Below are positions 54,838 to 64,000 of a stretch of 64,000 nt of DNA, one piece after another. Each line of letters opens with the position of its first letter. Position 1 is the stretch's first letter. The DNA lies in the NCBI GenBank assembly GCA_042218125.1, contig JBDGRN010000016.1:3408-67407 (forward strand). The letters run 5' to 3'. This DNA comes from Halobacteria archaeon. GTDB lineage: Archaea; Halobacteriota; Halobacteria; Halobacteriales; Halorutilaceae. The notes beneath the pieces were generated by a model. The model ran no database searches. It was given only the letters and a program-made list of their open reading frames with translations, and had not been told where the DNA came from. Both the position numbers and the translations under genes were made by a program.

Positions 54838-56850
54838 TTAAGATAGCCAGCCTTCCGGTTTCGTGTCGTAATCGACCTCACTCGCCGCAAGCTCCTCGAC
54901 CTCGTCCCAGTCTAGTTCCCTCCGGTCGAACTCTTCGCCATCGTACCTTATCAGGATGCCCTCCTCCTTGGGCACGGGTTCCTCTCCCTGTCTTTTAGCC
55001 ATCTTCATCACGTTGTCGTCGACCTTCTTAACAATCGTCTTGAGATTGACCGGTTTCCCCCACATCTCGTGTATACGTTCCATCGTACGTTTTGCTTTCT
55101 TCAGGTTCAGCATAACACCGTTGTACTCGTGACCGAGAAGGAGTTCGCCAGCGTTCTGGTAGTTGTGGTCGTATACCTTTATGGTGGGTTTACCGAAGTT
55201 GGTGAACTGCAGCAGTAGCTTCTTCTTGACGCTTTCGGCGTCAGTACCCGACGCGTGGTACTGGCCCGTCGCCTCGCTGTACTCGTACGCGAAGTAGCTG
55301 TACTCATCCACGAACTCCTGGGACAGGAACTCGTCGATGAAGGTGACGTCGTTGTGTGTCGCCCTCACCGCCAGCATACGGTTCCATCCTTCCAGGAAGT
55401 CCACGTCCCTTAGAGCCTCCTCTACTGACCCGTAGACTGCGTCGTCGAAGACGTACCTTCCTATCTCCTCGATATCGGAGAAGTTGGTACGTTCCAGGAA
55501 CCCCCGGTTCTGGCGTTTCAGCAGACTGTAGTTCCGTCTCGCCAGACCCTCTCTAGAAAGCAGTTTCCAGGGATACCTGTCTATCTCGGTTTCGTCGAGT
55601 TCACCTGAAAGCGCCCTGTCGAGACTCTCGGAGTCCACAAACTCTTCTGATTTCTCCATCTCAGCTAGATCTTCGTAGTTTTCGCCCGATAGAGATCCGA
55701 GTGGATATGGAGGTTCGAGATGGTCGAGTACCTCGTCGAACTCTATCTCGTCATAGAAGTTGGACGGGTTAACGCCCTCGATCCGCAGCAGCTTGTCTAT
55801 GATTTCGCGTCGGTTTGCGTCGTTCTCGATGTACTCCCAGAGCTCCTTCCCCAGCTTGTACGGATTCATTCCCTGGCTTCCCAGTACCTTCGCCTGGTGT
55901 TCGGCGTACGTCAGGATCTCGTCGTCGTCCGCGAACGCCTCGTCCCCCATCATCACCGACTCCCAGAACGCCGACCATCCTTCGTTCATCACTTTCGTCA
56001 TCTTCTGTGGGGCGAAGTAGTAGGACTCCTTCCTAAGGATCCGTATAACGTCCCGTTGCCAGTCCTCCATCTCGACGGCTTTCCCTTCGGAACGGTCGTA
56101 CGCTTTTCCGTAGTTCGCCAGGAACAGCAATAGGTCCTTTTCGGGCTCCATCGCGAAATCCGATTCGGGGCGCTGACTCTCTATCCATTCGTCGCTGAAT
56201 ATCTCGCCCTTTACGTCATCCGAGATATCCATTTCCTCTAACTTCTCCTCGATCTCGGCGACCTCGGTTTCGGGTTCGGTCTCTACCGACGTCTCCCTAC
56301 CGATGTCGTGGTACTGGTCGATGTTGTCCTCGATACAGAGGACGTTGTCGATCCATCTCTCCACCTCGTCGACATCTATATCGGGGTCCTCCATGTAGCT
56401 CTCTATCTGACGGGCGTTCCTCGCCATGATCGCCGCCGCCGAGACGTCCTCGGTGAACATCCGGAACCACCGGTTGTTCTTGAAGAAGTCGGCGTGACCC
56501 TCGACGTGGGTAATGACTGCTTTCTGGTCGGCCATCTCGTTCGACACCTGGAGGTAGGCGTGTGCCGGATCGTCGTTGATCACCAGTTCGTATATACGGC
56601 TGGGGGTGTACCGCGCCTTCTTTTTCTGCTGGTCGTACTGCATACCCCAACGCCAGTGTGGATACCTCTCCTGGAATCCACCGTATGCCGCTAGCTGGTT
56701 AACCTCGTCGTAGTCCACGATCCAGTACTTGACGGGATACGGATTGAGTCCGAGCTTCCTGGCAAGAGATTCGGCATCGTCCGCCACCTTCTGCAGTCCG
56801 GTGGCGGCGTTCTCTTTCTCCAGATTCAGGGCAACTTTGGAGTTGGTCAT
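54838..56850 (-). CDS. spoVR: SpoVR-family protein
   Basis: 670 aa, with an N-terminal YPVKYWIVDYDEVNQLAAYGGFQERYPHWRWGMQY signature. It is the last gene of the prkA-type operon. Confidence 0.85.
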   Translation of the reverse strand: MTNSKVALNLEKENAATGLQKVADDAESLARKLGLNPYPVKYWIVDYDEVNQLAAYGGFQERYPHWRWGMQYDQQKKKARYTPSRIYELVINDDPAHAYLQVSNEMADQKAVITHVEGHADFFKNNRWFRMFTEDVSAAAIMARNARQIESYMEDPDIDVDEVERWIDNVLCIEDNIDQYHDIGRETSVETEPETEVAEIEEKLEEMDISDDVKGEIFSDEWIESQRPESDFAMEPEKDLLLFLANYGKAYDRSEGKAVEMEDWQRDVIRILRKESYYFAPQKMTKVMNEGWSAFWESVMMGDEAFADDDEILTYAEHQAKVLGSQGMNPYKLGKELWEYIENDANRREIIDKLLRIEGVNPSNFYDEIEFDEVLDHLEPPYPLGSLSGENYEDLAEMEKSEEFVDSESLDRALSGELDETEIDRYPWKLLSREGLARRNYSLLKRQNRGFLERTNFSDIEEIGRYVFDDAVYGSVEEALRDVDFLEGWNRMLAVRATHNDVTFIDEFLSQEFVDEYSYFAYEYSEATGQYHASGTDAESVKKKLLLQFTNFGKPTIKVYDHNYQNAGELLLGHEYNGVMLNLKKAKRTMERIHEMWGKPVNLKTIVKKVDDNVMKMAKRQGEEPVPKEEGILIRYDGEEFDRRELDWDEVEELAASEVDYDTKPEGWLS

Positions 56851-56956
56851 CGTATCACCCTATCTTTCAGGAAAACGTTGGTAGAACCGGCCTCCGGTTC
56901 GCTGGAACCGGTCCCTGAGTCCCTCCGTCTCAGGGTTCCGCCGTACTTTGTGTATT

Positions 56957-58276
56957 TCACGCGACCACCCTCTCTTCCTGTGTTTCGCTCGCCCTCCTTA
57001 GCACCTTCTTGACGGCTTCCATAACCTCGTCGTTCGAGTTTACGTCGGCGACAACGACGTTGCCGTCCTCCCCGAACTCCTCCCTCAGTTTTTCACCATG
57101 TACGGCGTGGCTCGAACCTCCAGAGGGTTGGGTTTCGACGTATCCATGGAGGTTGGCGTCCATCTCCCGCATCGCGGGCACTACCTTGTTCTCGGTATCG
57201 TTGCTGGAGTTTTCTCCGTCCCCCGCAGCGAAGACGTACCTGTTCCAGTCGCTCCACGGATACCGGTTCTCCAGAATCTCCTTTACTAACTCGTACGCCG
57301 ACGAAATCTTCGTTCCTCCGCCGGACTTCAGTCCGAAGAAGTCCCTCCTTTCGACCTCCCAGGCGTCGATGTCGTGTGCGATGTAGACGAACTCGGCTTC
57401 CTCGTACTTGCCCTGGAGGTACCAGTCGAGAGGCGTAAACGTCCTTTCCACGAGTTCCCTCTTGTCCTGACCCATCGATCCCGACACGTCCCGTATGTTG
57501 ACGACTACGACCTTGCTCTCCCGTTCCTCCACCGTCTCGGGATAACGGTAACGTTCGTCCTCCTGCCTGAACGGAACGTGTTTCATCTCCCTCAGGAACT
57601 CCGACATCGGTTTCCTGTCGCAGTTCTGCGTCATCTCCTCGATGTCTCCCCACCTGCTTTTCTCCTCGATATTCCGGTAAGCCTCCTCTATCCATTTCTT
57701 CGAGACGTTTATCCTCTCTTCACGAGCCCACTCATACACTCTCTCGGGTCCCCAGCCATCCACACGTAGAGCCTCACGTACGTAGTCGGGGTCGAACTGG
57801 CTGGCTATTTTTCTCTTGAGTCCACGTTTGAACATCCTGTCGAAGTCGAGGGTACTCGATGGCCCGGAGCGGACGATATCCGTGAGGTCACCCTCTTTCT
57901 CCTCCACCACCTTCTTGCCCTTCGGCTCGAGGTCGAGTTCGAACTCCTCGTCGAGCTCACGGGCGAACTCCTCGGGATCCATCTCGTAGTAGCCATGTTC
58001 ACCCTCCTCCTCTCCCGGTTCGCCTTCCTCCTCACCCTCGGCCTCCTCGGGCTCGCCAACGGGTTCACCATCCTCGGGCTGCGGATCCCCCTGCCCCACA
58101 CCCCCCATGTCGGGTTTCAGGTACTCGAACTCGGGGAGACGGACAATCTTGATGGGTATACGTATCTTGTTCGGGAGGCTTTCACCCATGTCGCCGTACT
58201 GGATGAAGTCGGATAGATCCTCCCGACGCTCTTCCCCCACCTTTCTATACCGGTCGAGGTCGTTTCTCAGTCCCAT
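56957..58276 (-). CDS. yeaH: YeaH/YhbH (DUF444) family protein with vWA-like domain
   Basis: MGLRNDLDRYRKVG start, an acidic Gly/Glu-rich insert, and a vWA MIDAS-like VVVNIRDVSGSMG. I chose the start at 58276, which overlaps the upstream stop by 10 nt. Confidence 0.85.
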   Translation of the reverse strand: MGLRNDLDRYRKVGEERREDLSDFIQYGDMGESLPNKIRIPIKIVRLPEFEYLKPDMGGVGQGDPQPEDGEPVGEPEEAEGEEEGEPGEEEGEHGYYEMDPEEFARELDEEFELDLEPKGKKVVEEKEGDLTDIVRSGPSSTLDFDRMFKRGLKRKIASQFDPDYVREALRVDGWGPERVYEWAREERINVSKKWIEEAYRNIEEKSRWGDIEEMTQNCDRKPMSEFLREMKHVPFRQEDERYRYPETVEERESKVVVVNIRDVSGSMGQDKRELVERTFTPLDWYLQGKYEEAEFVYIAHDIDAWEVERRDFFGLKSGGGTKISSAYELVKEILENRYPWSDWNRYVFAAGDGENSSNDTENKVVPAMREMDANLHGYVETQPSGGSSHAVHGEKLREEFGEDGNVVVADVNSNDEVMEAVKKVLRRASETQEERVVA

Positions 58277-60567
58277 GTATATCCCTCCATAGCACGATCC
58301 TCCATCACGCGTTTCGATGTCAACGCAGCCGACGCCCGCGTGTAGTCGTACATATCCATCATGTTCTCGATAGTCATCTCCTTCACGCGCTCTGTCTCCG
58401 TGTTGGCGGGGGGATCCTCCCACTGCGAAGGATCGAAGTCCTCGTACAGACGATGCACGTCCTCCCAGCTGTAACTCGACAGAACCTGCTCTATTACCGG
58501 GATCTCCCTGGGATCCACGTCGTCCAGGTCGAAATCCTCGGTCCTTTGCTGCCAGGCGTGGACGTTCATCGCGGTAACGATGTTCTCCCTCCTGAACTCC
58601 TCCACCTCGCTGCTGGGCTCTTCGCCGTCGTAGTCGGATTCGTCGAACCTCCCGAGATCCTCTATCTCGAACACCTTCATCTTGAGGTCGTCTGGCGGCA
58701 CCTCCTGCCCCCTCTCGTTCACGACCATTCCGTCCTGAACCCAGGCGAACACGTGTTCGACGTACTCTGCCACCGTCTCATCCTCCACCCTCTTGTCACG
58801 CATAAGTGCGTCTAGGACGTCTCTCTCCTGTTTGTCCTGGAGGTAGCTGAATATCTGGTCCAGCCTCTGGCGGAACTCCTCCCTCTCGCTCTTGGAAAAC
58901 ATCGGTTCGTCGTCGAGAGCTTCACTCATCTCCATCAGGATATCCTCAGGCATGACGACATCGGATACGTCGTACTCTGTGTGGCTTCTCCCGCTCTTCT
59001 CGTAAAGCAGGTCTGCGACTATGTCCCTCGTATACGTGACTGGGATTCCTGTAACACCGTCCCGTGTTCCGTCGTCGAACTGGAAGTCACTTTTTTCGAG
59101 ACGGTCGTCGCCCCGTTTGATGTATCCCTGGTCGAAAAGTACGGCTTTCTCAACCAGATCGATGTCGGCTTCGGTGTCTACGAGACGTGTAACGACGCTG
59201 TACATCGCCGCTGCCTCTACAGCGTGGGGTGCTATCTCCCGCTCCCGGACCTCCGTGACACGTGTGACCTTGAGAAAGATCGGGCTCCGCATCCTCCGTG
59301 CGATCTCCTCGTAGTTTTCGGTCTCCCACACCCCGGTTCTGTTAGTGATCTCCCGTCTCAGGAGATCCACCTCTAGACTCAGGTTAGTGAGGTATCGGAA
59401 GTTGTGTTTCTCGAGACGCCTTTTCAAAGCCTTCAATGGATCTTTCTCAACCATCTCGCTTTTACTCTCCAACTGGCTCTCGAGGTCGGGGTTCGATATC
59501 ACGAGCAACAGAGTGTCTATATCCATCCTGATGCCCTTGTCGAGCTTGACGGTCTCCTCGTCCGAGACGTTGAGCAGTCGCTGTAAAAGATCGGCATGCT
59601 GTATAGCGTCCTCCACTATCGAAAGAACCCCGTTACCCTGGGAGACGACGCCGTCGTAGCTAAACGCCTGCGGATTTTTACGTCCCCGGCTGTCAAGCTT
59701 CTGCAACATTCCCTGCATCCATACACCCACGAGACGCTCCTTCGGAGCACCCGCGTCCTCGCTGTGGAGAACCCCGATGCCGTCACCGACATCGACGACG
59801 TGGTTCTTGACCCTGAGATGTTTCGGATCCGTTACGGCGGAGAAGATACGGCTGGTTCCCTGGCGCCTGTACTTCTCCTCCAGGTAGTTGTAAGCCTCCC
59901 TGCTGAACGGATCGAGGTCTCCGGGGATCTCGACATCGACGTGGCCGTCACTGTTCTCGTTCAGGGTCTCGACCAGTTCTCGCCTCACGTCGTCGGGAAA
60001 GACGGCTAGTGGGTTGACCTGTACCGGTGAGGTGTACCAGTTGTCTTCCTTGTCGCTACCCCATTCGTGCATGCTCGAAACGTTCCACTCCACCGTGAAC
60101 CGACGACCCTCGGGGGTCTTGCTGAACTCCCGGAGACCGTTTATGAGACATCTCTTGAACTCGCTCTTACCAGTCGCCGTCGGGCCATCGACCCATATTA
60201 TCTTCTCGTCCTTCCCCCTCCCGCTCGCTATACTCCTGAGGGTATCGACGAACCTGTTCAGTACATCGGTGTTTCCGAGTATCGCGTGTTCGCCGTCGTT
60301 CTTCGGGTCGTCGAAGAACCTGTACCGTTTCTTTCTCTCGCCCTCCTCTATAACGGTCCTGACGCCCATCGACTCCACGGCGTCCAGGAGGTACTTGGCG
60401 GACTGGCTCGCCAGTGAGGGGTCCTCCAGCACCTCGTCGACGAAGGTGGCGAGGTCTATTGGTTCACGGTACGCGGTGTCGAGGGAGTCGTCACCTCTAT
60501 CTATCCATTTCTCACCGTTACCGTCAATGTCCGAACTCTTCCTGGCTCTGTCTGAACCTCTTCTCAT
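58267..60567 (-). CDS. PrkA-family AAA+/kinase-like protein (second paralogue)
   Basis: 766 aa with P-loop VDGPTATGKSEF and a PrkA-like N-terminal and C-terminal layout. Confidence 0.8.
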   Translation of the reverse strand: MRRGSDRARKSSDIDGNGEKWIDRGDDSLDTAYREPIDLATFVDEVLEDPSLASQSAKYLLDAVESMGVRTVIEEGERKKRYRFFDDPKNDGEHAILGNTDVLNRFVDTLRSIASGRGKDEKIIWVDGPTATGKSEFKRCLINGLREFSKTPEGRRFTVEWNVSSMHEWGSDKEDNWYTSPVQVNPLAVFPDDVRRELVETLNENSDGHVDVEIPGDLDPFSREAYNYLEEKYRRQGTSRIFSAVTDPKHLRVKNHVVDVGDGIGVLHSEDAGAPKERLVGVWMQGMLQKLDSRGRKNPQAFSYDGVVSQGNGVLSIVEDAIQHADLLQRLLNVSDEETVKLDKGIRMDIDTLLLVISNPDLESQLESKSEMVEKDPLKALKRRLEKHNFRYLTNLSLEVDLLRREITNRTGVWETENYEEIARRMRSPIFLKVTRVTEVREREIAPHAVEAAAMYSVVTRLVDTEADIDLVEKAVLFDQGYIKRGDDRLEKSDFQFDDGTRDGVTGIPVTYTRDIVADLLYEKSGRSHTEYDVSDVVMPEDILMEMSEALDDEPMFSKSEREEFRQRLDQIFSYLQDKQERDVLDALMRDKRVEDETVAEYVEHVFAWVQDGMVVNERGQEVPPDDLKMKVFEIEDLGRFDESDYDGEEPSSEVEEFRRENIVTAMNVHAWQQRTEDFDLDDVDPREIPVIEQVLSSYSWEDVHRLYEDFDPSQWEDPPANTETERVKEMTIENMMDMYDYTRASAALTSKRVMEDRAMEGYTWD

Positions 60568-60621
60568 CTCGACAGATCACCTCTCAGTTTTCGTGGATAG
60601 AGCCGGATTCCGATCTCCACG

Positions 60622-62721
60622 TCACTCTTCCTCCTCCATCTCACTTCGGGCGACTTCTGCACCCGCGAACTCCAGTACCTCCCTTGCACCTCCCTGGCTG
60701 TAACCGCGTTTTTCGAGCGCCTCGATCCACGCCGACTTCTCCTCGTCGTCCGTATCTCCGCTCGAAACTAATGCACTGAAGTTGATGTTGTGTTTCTTGT
60801 CCTCCCACATCTTACGTTCGAGGGCACGGCGGAGACGTTCGTTGTCCTGGGGTTTGAACGTCGAACCCTCACGCGCGCGCCGGGACACCCAGTTTGAAAC
60901 CTCCTGTCTGAAGTCGTCCTTCCTGTCTTTCGGAATATTTAGCTGCTCCTCGACGGCACGCATGAACGACTCGTCGGGCTCCTGCTGTCTGCCCGTGAGT
61001 TCGTCCTGAACAGTAGCGTCGTCGATGTACGCCATGACGTGATCCATGTACTTCTCACCCTGCTTCTGTATCTCCTCGACGTCGTAGGCGAGGGCGTGGC
61101 GTACGTCCTCGATGGCTCTTTCCTTGTACTCCTCACGCACCTTCTCGAGGTACCGGTGGTAGGTCTCGAACTTCTCCGCCTCGATCGAGGCGTGGGTCTC
61201 GATGTTCTCCTCGAAGTAGTTGAAAAGCATCAGGGGCGACAGGTAGTTTTTCTCCCTGTGGGTCGAATCCATCACAGCCTCCGCTATCTCGTCTCCTATA
61301 AACCGTGGGGAGACGCCGTACATCGCCTCGCCCTCCTCGCTCGTCTCCTCCGCCTCGTCCCTCAGCTTCTGGACGTCGATGTCACTGGTGTCCCTTTCCT
61401 CGCCGTTGTACGCCTTTGCCTTCTGCAGGATATCGATCGATTCGTCGTCGGGCTCATGTATCCGTGTCAACACGCCGAAAAGACCCGCCATCTCGAGGGT
61501 GTGGGGTTCGATACTCATGTTGGGCAGGTCGGCGTTCCCGAGTAACTTCCTGTAGATCCTGGCTTCCTCCTCGTACTCGAGGACGTAGGGGAAGTCGATT
61601 CTCTTGGTCCTGTCGTTGAAAGCCTCCATCTTCTCGTCGCTCTTCTTGTCGAGATACTCCGGCATGTTGGTACGTCCGACGATCACCTGATCGATGTCGA
61701 TACGTGGGTTGTTCTTGGGTTTGATGGTCTGTTCCTGTGTCGCGTGGAGGAAGTCGTACAGGAACTCCCTCTGCAGCTTCAGGAGCTCCTCGCCGCTGAA
61801 GATGCCTCGGTTGGCGTTACAGAACGCCCCCTTGTAGTCGAAAGCCCTCGGGTCGCTTTCGCCGTAGATTGCTATCTTTGAGTAGTCTACGTCACCAGTT
61901 AACTCGGTCTCGTCCTGGTTCTTCTTGTCCTTGGGTTCGAACGTCTCTATACATCTTCTCTGGTTTTCGTCGGCGAGCAGACGTACTACCTCGACGTGGT
62001 TCTCTAGAACCTTCTCCAGGTCCTCGTCGTAGTAGGCGAGCAGACGGTCCATGTAGAACTCGCTCTCCGGGTCGAGCGACTGCTCGTTCCGTATGGTGTA
62101 CGGCGCATCCAGGTTCTCGTTTATCTCCTCCAGAACTTCCTGCCTCTGTTTTTCGGGTAGAAGTACCAGGGGTTCCTGATGCATGGGGGACTCTACGGTG
62201 TCGTCTACGGGGTCCTGGTCCTCTATCACGTCGGTGAGGTCGGTCCATCTGAATGTATACATCCTGCCTTCGTCCCTCATGGTATAGTCCTCGAAGTACC
62301 GCCGGACCTGACGGTCGAAGTCGCTTTTACCGCTACCAACCGGGCCGAGAAGTAGTTTTATACGTTTCTCGGGTCCAAGACGTCGGGAGCCGCTCTTTAT
62401 CTTGTTGACGAACTCGTGTATCGCCAGATGTATCTCGTCTCCGTAGAACTCGTTCTCCCCTTCATTGAGAGGGTCCTCGCTGGCGATCTTGTACTTGACC
62501 ACGCCGGTGTCCTCGTCGTACGTCTTGCCGTAATGGTCGAACATGTCGGCGACCCTCTGGTTGGCGTTCCGCGCAATCTTGGGGTCTTCGTATACGGCGT
62601 CGAGATACCAGCTAAAGCTCCTGGTCTCGCGGAGGTCGGGAGGTATCGACTCTCTGTAACTTTCGCTGATCTCCTCGATGGTTCTCGACTTTGTTTTTTC
62701 ACTCATTTTTTGGTTTTTCAC
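60622..62721 (-). CDS. prkA: PrkA-family serine protein kinase-like AAA+ protein
   Basis: 699 aa, P-loop LLGPVGSGKSDF, and typical PrkA blocks (FYGDEIHLAIHEFVNKIK, RAFDYKGAFCNANRGIFSGEELLKL). Confidence 0.9.
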   Translation of the reverse strand: MKNQKMSEKTKSRTIEEISESYRESIPPDLRETRSFSWYLDAVYEDPKIARNANQRVADMFDHYGKTYDEDTGVVKYKIASEDPLNEGENEFYGDEIHLAIHEFVNKIKSGSRRLGPEKRIKLLLGPVGSGKSDFDRQVRRYFEDYTMRDEGRMYTFRWTDLTDVIEDQDPVDDTVESPMHQEPLVLLPEKQRQEVLEEINENLDAPYTIRNEQSLDPESEFYMDRLLAYYDEDLEKVLENHVEVVRLLADENQRRCIETFEPKDKKNQDETELTGDVDYSKIAIYGESDPRAFDYKGAFCNANRGIFSGEELLKLQREFLYDFLHATQEQTIKPKNNPRIDIDQVIVGRTNMPEYLDKKSDEKMEAFNDRTKRIDFPYVLEYEEEARIYRKLLGNADLPNMSIEPHTLEMAGLFGVLTRIHEPDDESIDILQKAKAYNGEERDTSDIDVQKLRDEAEETSEEGEAMYGVSPRFIGDEIAEAVMDSTHREKNYLSPLMLFNYFEENIETHASIEAEKFETYHRYLEKVREEYKERAIEDVRHALAYDVEEIQKQGEKYMDHVMAYIDDATVQDELTGRQQEPDESFMRAVEEQLNIPKDRKDDFRQEVSNWVSRRAREGSTFKPQDNERLRRALERKMWEDKKHNINFSALVSSGDTDDEEKSAWIEALEKRGYSQGGAREVLEFAGAEVARSEMEEEE

Positions 62722-62994
62722 TCACTCCTCTCGGTTTTCTTACTCACTCCTTTGTATGTCTTTCTTACACCGGATTTACAACCGTTCGGCTACCGGTAGC
62801 TGGGTTTACTCCGAAAACTTTAACCGTTGGAATTATTTACGTATACGTTATGTAAATTTAAAAGGATTTGGTGGATGCTATCTCTCTTACAAAACACCTC
62901 TGTTAAATCGTTGAAGTTCGGTGGTTTTGGGTCCAGTAACGAAGAACCAGTTAGAAAGGATTTTCAACCGCGGTACGAAAGACAGTACCAAACA

Positions 62995-64000
62995 ATGGAA
63001 GACGAGTACCGACTGGACTACTTCGAGGAAAAAGGGTTCGTCAGGAACTCCTGTCCGGGGTGCGGTAGGCATTACTGGACCAGGGATCCCGACAGTGAAA
63101 ACTGCGGCGAACCCCCGTGTAGCGACTACAGCTTTATACACAACCCTCCTTTCGAAGAGTCCTACGAGATAGACGAGATGCGGGAGGAGTTTCTTTCTTT
63201 CTTCGAATCCCGCGAACACACCCGTATCGATCCATATCCCGTCGACGCCTCCCGGTGGAGGGACGACGTACTTCTGACTCAGGCAAGTATCTACGACTTC
63301 CAACCCCTGGTGACGGGTGGATACGCACCACCTCCCGCCAACCCGCTCTGTATCAGCCAACCCTGTATCAGGATGCAGGATATCGATAACGTGGGGAAGA
63401 CAGGTCGCCATACCCTGGCGTTCGAGATGATGGCGCACCACTGTTTCAACAGCAGAAGCGAAGGCGGACCTTACGAGGGTGAGGAGTACTGGAAGGAGGA
63501 TACTGTTAGGTTCTGTGACGAGTTCCTGGAACACCTGGGCGCCCCGATGGACGAAATAACATACGTCGAGTCTCCATGGGTCGGCGGAGGAAACGCCGGA
63601 CCTGCCTTCGAGGTAATTCTGAGAGGTGCCGAACTCGCCACCCTAGTATTCATGGATATGGAGCAGGATCCCGACGGCGACGTAGAGATGAAGGACGGCA
63701 ACCTTTACAGCAAGATGGACAACTATATCGTGGACACCGGATACGGTCTCGAACGACTTACCTGGGTCTCCCAGGGAACCCCGACGGTGTACGAAGCCAT
63801 CTATCCCGACATGGTGGAGCTTGTTCTCGAGAAAGCCGGGATACAGCATAGCGCCCGGGAGGACGAGATACTCAAGGACGTAGCCAGGGTGGCGGGAAAA
63901 CTCGACACCGACGAGGTCGAGGATCTGGAGGAGATGCGTCGGCAGGTAGCCGACGACGTCGGCATGTCCCTGGAGGAGTTAGACGAGGTTCTCAAGCCTC
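62995..64000 (+). CDS. alaS: Alanine--tRNA ligase (archaeal type), 3'-truncated by the window edge
   Basis: My own translation from ATG 62995 gives [32 protein letters not shown]...[17 protein letters not shown]...[33 protein letters not shown]. The frame is open to nt 64000. It is absent from the ORF track because it has no stop in the window. Confidence 0.9.
   Translation, partial: MEDEYRLDYFEEKGFVRNSCPGCGRHYWTRDPDSENCGEPPCSDYSFIHNPPFEESYEIDEMREEFLSFFESREHTRIDPYPVDASRWRDDVLLTQASIYDFQPLVTGGYAPPPANPLCISQPCIRMQDIDNVGKTGRHTLAFEMMAHHCFNSRSEGGPYEGEEYWKEDTVRFCDEFLEHLGAPMDEITYVESPWVGGGNAGPAFEVILRGAELATLVFMDMEQDPDGDVEMKDGNLYSKMDNYIVDTGYGLERLTWVSQGTPTVYEAIYPDMVELVLEKAGIQHSAREDEILKDVARVAGKLDTDEVEDLEEMRRQVADDVGMSLEELDEVLKP

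Noticed and set aside
62887-63534. 215-aa minus-strand ORF, the only listed ORF covering the start of the last 1 kb.
   Set aside because: The + strand frame from ATG 62995 encodes an unmistakable archaeal AlaRS N-terminus running off the window. The minus ORF is its antisense shadow.

Overview
This 64-kb chromosomal window comes from an archaeon with a strongly acidic (D/E-rich) proteome, so it is a salt-in halophile, but its G+C content looks only moderate. Archaeal and haloarchaeal markers include aIF2-beta, aEF-1beta paired with an HVO_2753-type zinc-finger gene, archaeal PheRS/ValRS/AlaRS, a TrmB regulator, Tat lipoproteins and a prkA-prkA-yeaH-spoVR operon. I call about 58 protein genes. 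Most are housekeeping or central metabolism: a FlaI/FlaJ-type secretion pair, trxB, HIT, pheST, pyrDK, thrC, dapD, two acyl-CoA dehydrogenases, a biotin carboxylase plus carboxyltransferase, valS, an MqnC/E-like radical SAM enzyme, ppk1 and alaS. I also call one tRNA-Pro(GGG), one gene broken by a 7-G homopolymer frameshift, one MITE-like insertion with a target-site duplication, and about ten short tandem-repeat arrays, all in intergenic spacers. The least ordinary stretch is 37.6-45.3 kb, between valS and tRNA-Pro. It holds three translationally coupled paralogous genes built from a four-times-repeated split Cys4 module of unknown function. It also holds a 717-bp GT-skewed spacer, a 1013-aa lysine-rich (non-acidic) secreted beta-propeller/beta-helix protein, and a GAF protein with a degenerate histidine-kinase-like C-terminus. 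No rRNA, CRISPR array, integrase or transposase was seen. All calls come from reading the sequence and ORF translations by eye. No database search was run.
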